Shown one piece after another: positions 21,001-32,000 of a stretch of 64,000 nucleotides of DNA (positions within the stretch are counted from its first letter, which is position 1; each line of letters begins with the position of its first letter). Under the pieces are notes generated by a model. It was not told where the DNA came from. It made no database searches and saw only the letters and a list, made by a program, of their open reading frames with translations. Origin of the DNA: an uncultured virus (IMG/VR IMGVR_UViG_3300031627_000893). Lineage: Duplodnaviria > Heunggongvirae > Uroviricota > Caudoviricetes. The DNA is taken from IMG/VR virus record IMGVR_UViG_3300031627_000893; one strand, written 5' to 3'. The position numbers and the translations under genes were made by a program.

Positions 21001-22166
21001 TAGATCTGTCAGAGTCAGAAATGAGCCCTGAAAATTTAAGGTACAAATATACATATGCCGACCAAGTTTCTGCGGCGAGTTCCTTCAACAGCGTACCAAT
21101 CAGAGATTACGATGTAGTTGTTGAAGCGATAAATGGCATTGGCGAAAGTAGTGCAGGAACAATAGGCTCAAATGGGGCTACCAATCCAGTTGGCTATGAC
21201 ATCTTAAATATTAGAAACCCTCAGATTTCGAAGATACCATTGACTCCAGAAACTAGCCTAGAAGAATGCTTAACGACCGGAAGTACGGCTTCGTTCTGTA
21301 CTCAACAATGGCTTAACGCCGACAAAGAAATCATCATTAGCCTACTCAAGGCTCCATCCCTTTTCTTAGAGAATACGACTATCGTTGGCGGACTTTTGCT
21401 GTTTTCCGCAAACGATTTTCAAGCCGCAATAGATAACGAGAATATCAAAAGCGAGACTTGGAGGACCAATAATGGAATCATTACTCAAACTTTTTTAAAC
21501 AACGGCAACGGCACGGACTCAATCACGATACCTACCAACCTAACCGACAAAAAAGGCTATATGGCTATAGCTTTAGCTGACGATTTAGATATGTTGTTAA
21601 GGAAAAACGCTTTAAACGGCAATGAGGACAAACTGCTGGACTCTATATTCCCTCAACTTTCAAATTCTGTATTCGTTAAGGATAATGTCGATCCTCCAAA
21701 AGATGTAGTGGTTGAAAGCGTTGACTTCGATATATCCTCTGATACTACAGTGGATTTGCCACCGTCCTGCATTTTAGTCACCGGGTACATTAGATATAGC
21801 ATGAACCAAGAAAATGGGGCCAGAGCAGTAGTGCAACTAAAAACAGGGGCGGGAATTCAGCAGACTATTGACCTCGGAGGTGCTACCGGAGGGGACAGAA
21901 CTGGTAATGTATTTGGAGACGATGCCATGAAATTGACCTACACTACAACCGGAAGCAAGAAAAGCCCTTCGAGGACGGTGTATTATAATGTAGACACAAA
22001 TGTTAGCGTTGATAAAGGAATGGTAGTCCAAGACTCTTTCTGCTTCGCCATACCACAAATGAGTCCGCCCATTGATAATATTAGAATTTTTAAAGGCAAC
22101 GGAGCCAATCCCATGGTGGGCAAGGTTCAACAATTTGTTAGATTTATTAACCCTTTACTCGCTTAG
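18036..22166 (+). CDS. Central tail tip / host-specificity protein, lambda gpJ-like
   Basis: DLLCEGEIEGL, WTDNPVWCYYDLITNKRYGLG, YCDTMVPDGYGGVEPRFTCN, LRPGDVI, and a fibronectin-III-like YYFRVYSQN segment. Confidence 0.9.
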   Translation: MILRNNDNRLYPWLINGKSVPMPFGGNMLFAIPDEEDEGITLQVDKSGGDLDRAISVSDATVVDLLCEGEIEGLNEYELIGTGVAGKVGYDSVTKKTFAAIRTEAVPDEGPVPLWITDGVKFLRSIKWNGLPVVNGLDQFNYQQVNISTTHGLADGGINYGLSEELDIFRSIGERLRGHKENFEEFAKVYRIDNKNAKGCTVTIKFQGLQYTEKKSEEEYGDVRDTTVDYEIFYRSVHDNKVTVNPIDIQFVSGGKVTVTGKITAPYLKSTTIDFSGIPNVYTEGHIGWEVKIVRYTEDSLSTEITNTTIVDSISEIYGQTYRYPHSVAVQTKFSAEFFTRIPTRNFDARLMKVKIPADYNSVLRRYGQTYNGVANPYWKGDFKAEKTWTDNPVWCYYDLITNKRYGLGKYINEDSLDKWTLYEISKYCDTMVPDGYGGVEPRFTCNMLINSRTEAFRLINDLSSVFRGLAFYYGGQIHTVIDEPKSPITLFTNSNVVSGEFVYSSSSKKARATVAIVTYRDKRDDFKRNVEYVEDVQGIRKFGIRYKEISGVGITSRGQARRLGLWSIYTAALDTETVAFDTGIEASILRPGDVIRVQDANKTTKRYCGRCTVASDAITFTLDDSSDDFTINRSSSSTYNFEIIVPAYRIDSGQIDLTGKYTSNDTRASDLAKSQVVVFKITGNQISSSNPRVVTLNTNQLNQTLKTAMSKEFITGKDLTWVLEPTGNTVTLSGENDQASKLFRILNLHEKEGGSHFSVSALEHNPNKFSNIDNDESYDLPISNPSVNPPLAVELESQNHTTNTKKIKYTIIPSDEVGVYGYLVYAKKAENWDGDDFTQTDSSLGSSDAALSSIPNDEFLIGSLSLGDLTNFYIPSSSATYYFRVYSQNRLGTPSSTSAPNSVTVTGVNPIYDTEIQRLSLVSALSSDQALSQAAGTTTTQITDVSEPIITWETSVAGLNADISYGYKITIRAPSRDNRPSTVIYKTIDLSESEMSPENLRYKYTYADQVSAASSFNSVPIRDYDVVVEAINGIGESSAGTIGSNGATNPVGYDILNIRNPQISKIPLTPETSLEECLTTGSTASFCTQQWLNADKEIIISLLKAPSLFLENTTIVGGLLLFSANDFQAAIDNENIKSETWRTNNGIITQTFLNNGNGTDSITIPTNLTDKKGYMAIALADDLDMLLRKNALNGNEDKLLDSIFPQLSNSVFVKDNVDPPKDVVVESVDFDISSDTTVDLPPSCILVTGYIRYSMNQENGARAVVQLKTGAGIQQTIDLGGATGGDRTGNVFGDDAMKLTYTTTGSKKSPSRTVYYNVDTNVSVDKGMVVQDSFCFAIPQMSPPIDNIRIFKGNGANPMVGKVQQFVRFINPLLA

Positions 22167-22193
22167 AGAATATAATAACAGGAGGAAACTAAA

Positions 22194-23093
22194 ATGGCCA
22201 AAGTAGTAGATTATTTCGCTTCAATTAAATCTGGGACCGATAGGGTCGTAGGCCAAGCCGATAATGACTGGGAGACAGTCAGGGACGGTAGTCACTTGAA
22301 ATTCGTAAACGATCCTGTTCACTACCTAGTGGCTAGTACTAAAAAATATTTTTTCATTAAATCCTTCACCTCTGATGACGGGAAATCGATTCTAATACCA
22401 GAAGACACTGGAATAGAAATGATGCTCAACGATACCGTTACGATAAGCTACAAGGATTATGAGGTTATCGATGTTACGAGTGTCACGGATGGAGGTTCTG
22501 GGTACTCTCTCGGGGACTCATTGCAGTTGAGTAGTTTCAGTCCAAGCTTAAACAGTTTTAATAACGCACTAGGAGTCGCTTTGTTTAAGGTCGATAGTGT
22601 AGACAAAGACGGTAAAATTACTTCGCTGAACGTCGATGACAAGGGCTCCTATCATTCCCCAATTACAGATGAAGAAGTCAGCTTGACTGGGGGCTCTGGG
22701 TCTTCAGCGAAAGTAAAACTTTTAGGCAATCTAAAAGAGAATAGGAATTCCATCGAAAGATCTATAGTGTCGGTAGACAGAGGGGCTGACGGAGGCACTA
22801 GAGTCTTCCTTAACTACAGCGTTCCGAAACTAATTACAGATGGTAAAGCGTCTGTTCATAAATGGGAGCTAAGGTTAAGCTCCGATTACAAAGGAACAGA
22901 CAAAATCGAACAAGTATGCACAATTACTAGAGACTTTACTCTAAAATTTGGATTTCCTCTAATGGCTGCTAACTCGATGAACGGGGACGTAGCTCACAAT
23001 GAATCTGTACGGAAAATAGATACGTTAGTATCTGACCTGCAAAATAAAGTCCAAGCCTTGGAAGAAAAGATTAATTCCTTGGAGAATAAATAA
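22194..23093 (+). CDS. Hypothetical virion protein with C-terminal coiled coil
   Basis: GGAGG RBS; VTDGGSGYSLGD motif seen in tail/baseplate proteins; heptad C-terminus. Confidence 0.5.
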   Translation: MAKVVDYFASIKSGTDRVVGQADNDWETVRDGSHLKFVNDPVHYLVASTKKYFFIKSFTSDDGKSILIPEDTGIEMMLNDTVTISYKDYEVIDVTSVTDGGSGYSLGDSLQLSSFSPSLNSFNNALGVALFKVDSVDKDGKITSLNVDDKGSYHSPITDEEVSLTGGSGSSAKVKLLGNLKENRNSIERSIVSVDRGADGGTRVFLNYSVPKLITDGKASVHKWELRLSSDYKGTDKIEQVCTITRDFTLKFGFPLMAANSMNGDVAHNESVRKIDTLVSDLQNKVQALEEKINSLENK

Positions 23094-23095
23094 GT

Positions 23096-26000
23096 TTATT
23101 TAAAAAGAAGCCCACCGGGTCTCTGCTCTTTCAGTATCACATCAACCACACCAAACTTAATCTTCTCGGATAACTCCTTGTCCTTCTCTGCTCTTGCTCT
23201 CATATCTTCGATGTCGTTTCCTGTCCCGCCTTCTGTGGCCCGTCCAGATGTTTCTGTCTTTGAGGAGGAACCACCAGCATCATCCATGCTGACCGAAATA
23301 TTTATATTATTCGTTACGTTAGATGGGGTACTAGAGCCTTGCGCGTTAATGGTATTAGATGGACCGCCTTGTCTGTCCGATTCTTGAGCAGTTTGTTGCT
23401 CTTCAATAGCGGTTCTCACGCCCCTAACTTCATTTATAAGCTCTGTCACAGAATCGCTCAACCCTAGCCCTCCAGCACCAGCGTCTGTGCCTACGAAGCT
23501 CCCTTCTGATGCCCGATCTGAAGTCACGTACCCGCCATCTGCGTAGCCTTTTGTTCTGCCACCTCCATTTATCCTCTTTAAAATGCCCATGTTCCGAGCG
23601 GCGTCATCTGCGTTAACTACGAATTCGCCTTCTGTAAGCATCGCGGGGACCGTATCTGTACCTAATTCTGCCCCGAAAACAGATCCCCCTTTGCTGAAGC
23701 CTCCAGCCTTTTTGTAATTAAAGTCGTACCACTCTTGCTGATCGTACATCGATCCAGTTTCTTGACTGGGTGTGTACTTCTTGTGCGTGAATAATTTCGA
23801 AAACCAGCTTTTTTCCCCTTTTGCTCGGGACTTGTTAGCGGCATCCATCTTGCTCGAGACTGTTTTATTCTCTCCCGCAATAACACCGGAGACCTCCTTT
23901 ATGAATTCCTCTTTTTCTAATTTTTTCTTAGCGTCGTCAGCGGCCTGTTTCGCAATATTCTTCTTCTCATTCTGCGCGTTCCATTCTTGCATTCTCGGTA
24001 ATGCCTCGTTCGTCATTATCCCTGACCCAAATCCAGCTACCGCACCTGTTATGGCTCCCTTTTTGCCACCCATAAGCCCTCCTGCTAATGCGCCTAGTGC
24101 AGTTTGCCCCCCAGTTGAAGCCATCGCGTTTCCCACCGACGCCAGAGTTTCATTTTTCGATCCCTTTAGCCCTTGCGTTCCGATAAGCATTGCAGCATCG
24201 AGCCAAGCCCCCGTGATCATAGCGTCTTTTTCGTCTTCCCACGTATCGAAAGCTGCTTTATTAGCCTTTTCTCTCTCGTAATTTTCTTTGTTATAAGAGA
24301 ACAGTGCTTCTTGTCTGTCGAACTTTATCCTGTTTTGAGGATTGATTCCTCTATCCTCTTGACCAATTTGAGATAAACTTTCGCTTACATTCATTACGCC
24401 CGAAGTGGGCTGTCTTGCGGATAATTCATCGTCAACATTTGTATCTCTGAAGAAATCGAATTGGTTTCTAGCCACGGAATTGATTGAGCCTCCTTTAGCT
24501 AATCTTTGTCCGCTATTTATTGCTCTTAAAATGTGAGAGTTCCTTTCGGCGTCTCTTGCATTAACAACAAACTCCCCTTCGGTGAGCATTGCTGGGACTT
24601 TATCTATTCCCTTTCTCCCATGCACAGTGCCCCCATTGGAAAATCCTTTTCTTTTATACCCTTTCCCTTGGGTCTTTTGTGGGTTGGAGTAGTCAGGCCC
24701 CATAAGTGCCCCAAAAAAGCTGTCCCAAGCCATGTCATGGGTTATTGACGTTATCTTAGTGAGTATGCTTGTAGCCATATCACCGAATGCATCCTTGCTG
24801 CTTTTAGCTCCGGTAGCGAAATCATGAAACGCGCCCTTAAATGAATCTTTCATTGTGGTGGCTGTCTCTGTGATAAGTCTTTGATAATCGCGCAGTTGAT
24901 CCATGTCATTATACGCGAATTGAGATTTAAATAAGTCTCCCGTTGACCCTATATCGAAAGTCCCAGACTGAGCTTGTTGGTCGTACATTATCTTTTTACT
25001 TGCCGCCAAATCCCTGCCGGATATCTCTCCTCTTCGGAATCTTCCTTCCACATCGGCTTCCTTCATTGCAGTAGCAATTGCTAATACTCTCTGCTCAAAA
25101 GAAACACTCGCCTTATCGGCTGCTAAAATAGCTATTTTGAGCTTCTCATTTACTCTGGTGTGTTGTTCTGTCCATTTTGCCGATTCCTCGGCTTGTCTGC
25201 TCGTGTCTGAGCCATAATCAACGGGTTTGTACATAGCCTGATTATACGTCTCCCCGATCCCCGCCAAACGCTGATCGTTGATATGTCCTTCAGCCATCCC
25301 CGCACCTCGCAACATGTCCCTTATGCTACTAGTAGTGCCTACAGGCGACACAGGTCTTCCTGCAAAATCCCTATTAGTAGAGTAGGCGTTCGTTGTTGCG
25401 GCGGCACTGCCGCCACGTCCGCCTCCGCCAAAATTCTTTATTTGCTTGATGAAGGATTCTATTTTCCCTCTTATCATAGTCGTATAGTAATCAGAGCCTC
25501 GGCCTCCCGGATGTTCTCGATTCGTATAGAAATCAGATCCTCGGCCTCCCGGATGTGTTCGATTAAACCCAGAGTCTCTTGCTCCCCCAGATTGGCCAGA
25601 AGCGGATCGAGCATCGGTATATTGCGTTCCTTCCGTATATTGACCACCACGAACAGGAGCATTGCCTAGGCTATTACTAATTCTTGCGTCTCGCTTTTGC
25701 GATTCTTCCCAAGCTCTCGGTCCACTCCACGGCCCTCTGGTGTCTTTATCTGCTTTCAAGTAACTCTGATATCCTGACGACCAAGGGGACTTTGTTCCAG
25801 CAGCATCATGCTCTTCTTGTCTACTAAGATTTCTATCGTGATGAGTAGTCGCTTGTCCTCCTTTTTTCTTCTCATCCGCTCTTTGCTTGGATATATCAGC
25901 GAACCATTGGTAAAATTTGGCTCCCATCGATACCGGAGGCGTAGTGAATTGCTGCGCTGGGGCGTATGATGGTCTCAAATCAGACGCTGGAGGCATTCCG

Positions 26001-29000
26001 TAGCCTTCCCGAACGGAGGTTTCAGCCCCGACATAAGGCACTCCAGATCGCCCAGATGCTCCTCGTCTTCCGACGTTCCCTTGGGCTCCGACACTACCGT
26101 AGCCGCCACCGCTGCCACTAGCACTACCAGAACCTCCATTAGCCCCATAAGGTAGTCCGGTATCCGGGTCGATGTCCCCCACTCCAAAAGGCAGCCCGGT
26201 AGCTTTATCAATGCCTCCCACTCTACCACCTGAGCCCTTTTTACGGCTCAACTTTTCAATATTTGCTCTCAAAATCGCCAGTTCAGCATTTAGTTTTTTT
26301 ACTGATGCAGTTTCGTCATCGTAAATTTTTTTCTGTTCAAGGACGACATCTTTCAGCATCTCGCGATGCTGCTTTAGCTGTGTAAGCAACACTAGTTGTT
26401 TATCAGTCGTTTGATCTTTGTAATCGGGGTAAATCAACCCATTTTTGTCTGTTGCTTCTCTGGCAACCTTATCCGCCGCTTTGCTATTTTCGATTTTTCG
26501 AATCTGAAATTCCATCTCTTTCAGTGTCGTGACCAAGAAGTCCATCCCTCCTTGGACATCAAAATCACTGCTTAACATTTGAGTGGTCCTGTCCCTCATC
26601 TGTTGTCCTGTCAACATAGGGTAAAGCTCTTGTTCTTTGCTCCCGACGAAATCAGAGTCAAGTCGCTTCCCCTGATTGATCATCTGATAAGCGTTCATCA
26701 CCTCTGTCCGCAAGAGAGACTCTGCTGATAGTTTCTTTTGACCCGATCTATCTTTTTCGGTTTCCTTGACTTCTTGATTTCTTATTTCCACTAATGCATC
26801 CAACTTATTTTTTACGTCAAGGCCGTAGTTAGGATCAAAAACAGATTCAAGAGCCCTTTTAAATCTTACCTCATTCTCGGCGTTATCCGTAATCAAAGCT
26901 TCATTGGCGGATTGTATCTTCGCTTTTATATCTTGCAATGATTGAGGTATGCCCCCCTTTAACACTGACTGAACCTGTTGTTCTGCGGCAACCATGTTTC
27001 CCTTTTTCGTCATCATCTCATCGGTGATGCTCCCGTGGCCTAAGCCACTTGCGTCCATCTCTCTAGCTGCCCGAGCCATTTGCTCGGCTCGAGATGATAT
27101 CGAGCTTTCTATTAGTCCCTTGGGTAAGTCCTTAGACGCGACCCCCATGTAATTCTTTAGAAAATCAGCTTCTTTAAAATCTTGCATTCCGCTTCCGATA
27201 GATCGCCCTACCCCCATTTTGTTAGTGTTACGCCGCCCTTCTCTGAGATCATCCATTCTTGATAAAGCCGAAAATGGGCCTGATTTAAATTCAGCTACCC
27301 CTCCTTGCCTTTCTAAATTCCTTTGTATCTCAAGCGATTTGATAGCGTACTCGTTTCTTAAACTTTGAAGAGTGATAGAGTGGTCTATTTTTTGCGCGAC
27401 AAGAGCTAAATTGACATCAGAGTCTATCCTGAGACCTTTTAAGGTTTCTAATACTTGGACCTGCAATGCTCTACCTGCATCACCCCCGCTTAGAACTGTG
27501 CTATCTCTTACTGTGGCTGTAACAGAGCTCAATAAGTCGCTCCCTACAACTCCGCCCTTTTGTCCTGCTTGAGCGAGTTCAAAAATTCTATTTAATTCCC
27601 TCTGTTCAGCAGATGTTTTCTGCTGCAAAAGCTTTTGAGTAGACACCTCTTGGTCTGTCGCTCCCCCACCCAAGCCCTGAATGTAACTAGTTTGCCTAGT
27701 CCCTGCTTTAGCTATCCCCGCGACTATGGCATCGAATGTCCCCAAGGTCGTCTTATTTTCTTGCTTCCTTAAATTCATTTGACCCGCCGAACCAATCTTC
27801 CGCATAGTTAATTGGTTAGCGTTATCCAAATTAGCTTCTTTGGTCAAAAATGGAGATAGCGTTCTTTGGCCCAAGGCCATAGTCTCAAGATTCATACTGG
27901 CCTTGTTTCCAAGATCATTAAGCCCCAAAGACTGTGTCCCGCCTAAAAACTTTCCAAAATTCTTCACTGCGTTCCTCATGGAAAATTCAACTCTTTCAGA
28001 GACGGCAGCTAAATCTTGAGCAGCAATCTTCGCATTTGCTGCAAAATCTCTATTCTTTTTGGATATGCTTTTAAACAAGTCTGCCCAGTCGTTCGCCGAC
28101 TTCAATTCATGCCCAAAATTTGCGAACGCCTTTTGTATTTTCATGAAGTCCTTGGTCCTCATACCCAGCATTTCATTTTGTTGCTCGGGAGATACTCCAA
28201 CTTCCTTCATCTGAGTCCTCAAGTCCATGGAATTGTTTGCTCTATCTGACCCTTCAAACATTTTAATTATGTCTTTGGCCTCCATGTCTTTGATATTGCT
28301 TGACTGGATCAAAGAATTGGCAAACTTATCGAACATCACTTTGCCCTCAGGGCTATCCAGCTTACTGAAAACATCTCCAGCAGACTTACGTAATGCTTCT
28401 GTATGGTTCATCCCTTCCCCAATCAATCGTTCTGCTTCATTTCCCGTCTCACCGCCGAGACCTAGCATAGTTCCCTTGACCGTGTGTTCTAGATACGCCA
28501 TGATTCCACCAGAAGAGTTGCTCTCTTTAAATTTTTGAAATTCTACTGCCCCTCCTAATCCTTCTGCTCTATCGCGAAGCCTTGATCCTACTCGTGCTAT
28601 GTTGTCTGTCAGGGTCTGCATGTCCCCACTAAACCCTTGCATCACGTTGGCTCTCTCTGAATCTGGAATTGCGGCTAAAGATAGCGAAAACTGCTTCCTT
28701 CTTCTCCCCATCTCTACCGCCCCTATGGAGTCAGTAGCGTCATTTAGCCCCCTTACGTAACCAGCGTACGTTCTTGTGACTTGTTGAGTGCCTGAATTAA
28801 ACTTATTTAAAGTATTTTTAGATTCCTCAAAAACTTTAAGCAATTCCCCTGTCGCATTGGTATACTCATTCACTATGGAATTCACGCCCATCGCTAACCC
28901 AATTGTGCCACCTATTACCGCTCCCGCCGCAGCACCCGGTGCACCCCCAGTTGACCCTATCATAGCTCCCATACCTGCCATTGACCCCATACTACCGAGT

Positions 29001-32000
29001 GCGCCTACTCCCGCTCTACCCCTTCTAGCCGATTCGTTGTCTCCCGGAAACATACCTTGTCCCACCATTCCAGCTACAATTGGAGCGGCCATGGTGATTC
29101 CTAGACCCATTCTCCCCATCCCCGCTGCAAGTTTCATGGCCCTTTGATTCTTGTAAGGATTATTCGTCTTCGGGTCTCTTAGTGTTCCTTTTTTTGCATC
29201 ATCCGCAGCCTGTAGGGATTTAATCCTTGATTGATTTGCGTTGCTTTGATTGATGGCGGCAGTCCTAATCACAGTCCGTTGATTTTTCTCATTCTGCGCG
29301 TTTATTTTTTGCTGCTCTTGTAGATTTATCCTATTTTGTTGTGTTTGCTGTTCGAAGTTAGCCGACGCATTTCTACGAGCATTAAGCTCTTTTCTCCTCT
29401 CATCCTGCTCGACCTTGGATGTCCCTTGCTGCTGTTTTCTCTCCTTATCAGTTAACGTGCCGCCTTCCGATATTGGTTTGCCTTCTACTGACTTCTCTAA
29501 AAAAGCGGTGGTCGCACCTCTAACTTTTGCGTCGGTGGAGAAACCAAGGTTTACGCCTTGGGTTTGGGCCATTCTGTATGTAGACGAGGAGGTTCCCGTA
29601 GGAGATGTTAATGTTTTAGTAAGGCTCTTTTGCTCGTTAGTCAAAGTTGACAACTGTTTATTCGTCTTCGACGCCTCGGCCTCAATCCCTTTTAATATCT
29701 TCTGCTGCACTTTCATATCGGATTTGGACTCTGCTACTGCTCTTCTGTTTTTTTCCGCATCTTCTTGGTGTCCTTGGATTTGTTCAGCCTTATTTGTCCC
29801 TTGCCCCATCCCCATAAAGCCCATAGCGGCGAAACTCAAAGCTGTCGCACCAGTCATCCCTGAATCTCCCCCCATGAAGAAGTTAGGCACTCCGCCTTCG
29901 GCTGCTCCAGTTCTCCTTAAAGTCGAGGGGGATTGACCAGCATTCAGATGCTGACTAATCGCATTACCCAAACTGCCTTGATTGCTACTGTAAACTCCGA
30001 CTCCTACTCGGTTGTCGTATCCAATCATCGGCTTCGCAGCGGACCCCGATTCCTTTATTCCCATTCTCTCCGCTGAAACTGCCCTCTCTAACGGGTTATT
30101 AAAGTTGGGAACAAATCCCCCGCTAAATCTACGCATCATCGCCAAACGCTGAAGAAGAATGTTCTTGGTCCCTGTACTCCCTGTAATTTTCGAAGGGTCT
30201 ATCCCTTTTATCTGTTTTCTAAGTTCCGAATCCTTTACATCGCCAAACCACTCAGAGGAAGAACGACTAGGGTCTCTCAATGAAGCTAACTCTCGAACTT
30301 GAGATCCGAACATATCCCCTTTAAGCCCACCTTGAGCTCTATAACGTAATGCTCCACCCGAATCTATTTGAACGACCTTGCCCTTCTTATCTACCATCAT
30401 GTTGTCTTGAGACATACCAATCGCATCCCAGTCAGCCATCAGCGCAATCTTCGCTGCACGACTTTGGATTTGCTTCATGATGTTATCTTTTTCTCCGGGT
30501 AAAGCAGACCTCATGTAAGTCCCCAGAGAAGTCCCACCTTCCAAATATTTAGAGAGCATGAAAGATCTTCCCTGTGGCGTCTTGTTCAGCGAATGATCTG
30601 GAACTGGGACTCCTAAAGATCTGTATATTTTATTAGCTTCAAATTCATTTATGATGTGACCATTAGAAGCACCAAATTTACGGACAAGTTTTTCTCCAGA
30701 CGGATCTAGCATTAACTCAGCACCAGTTGATCCTCCCAAATTGGCTAGTTTCTGCAAATTAAAGTTAGGCACGAATCCCGAAGAAAAATAGTCATCTTTC
30801 GGGATCGGGTAAGCCTTTTCTTGCTCCGAATGGGTTTTAAAACTACCCGGTTTCCCAAACCCTTTTATTTCATTAGAAGGCCAATCTTTGTAGCCTAACT
30901 TCATAAGACTGGTTTTAGCACTCCCCGTACCTGCTCCTTGCTTAAACATCGACGGCATTAGCAAGGAAATCTCTCTTTCGTGATCGAAACCATATCTCGC
31001 TCCGCTTCCTGTTGGTCCTGAGATACCAAACTTTTGGGGATCGAAACCTAGCGGTCTTCCTTGAGCCATGTTATACAGAGAATTTAAAGAACCCTCTTTT
31101 TTATAGAGTGCTTCTATCTCTTTTTGCCCGAATATGTCTTTGCCGGAAAGTCTAGTTTTAGCCATGTACCCATAACCCTTGTCAGAGCCATGTCTCATAG
31201 CGAACGTACTAGCAACGTGTTTATTCGTGGACGCAGACATGAAAGGATCAAGACCAGAATTGTTAAAGCCAGTCACTGACATATTGCCATCTGACGAATT
31301 CCCTATGTGTTTCGAAAGAGCTTTTTTAAGCTGATCGGGGGTTGACGGCATTCCGATATTCGGTATCCTCCCTTGCCATATGCCCATCCTCCCAGATAAT
31401 GCATCCTGAACAGTCCCCGCTCCTCCGCCAAGAGCTTCAGGGAGCCTTTGCCTTGCTAGTGCTCTCCTTCCTTCGATACCTCTGTAAACTTCCGTCATAC
31501 CGAAATTCGGAATATGACCTTTCCCTAGAGTTTTATTGAAGAACCTTTCTCCTGGCCAAGGGTTACCATTGCCGGTGAAACCGTGCCCATCGCCTTGTCC
31601 TTTTCTGCTTAATCCCATCCATTTATAGTAGCTTCTAGCTTTTTCCCTAAAGCTCCCTTGACCGGGTTCGTTTTTTATCCTATCTATAACTGCACGACGT
31701 ATTTCTTGCGATTTATCCTTCCTTCCTACGTCAAAATCACCCGTTAATTTTTTTATTCCTAATTTTTTCAGGATTTTTGCTCCTCTTGGTGTCATTAACG
31801 TCTTGATCACGGGCGGACCAACTATGGTGGGAGCGTGAAGAGTATGAAATTTCTCAATCTGGCCTAGGTTCTCTCCAGTCCTCGCGAATTCGGCTCTCCG
31901 TTCCGAGTTTGTCATCTTACTTATCTGATCGACTCTTGCGCTCCTCTGCTTTATCTGATTAATTAATCCCTTCAATCCTCCTACCCCCGACATGTATCCT

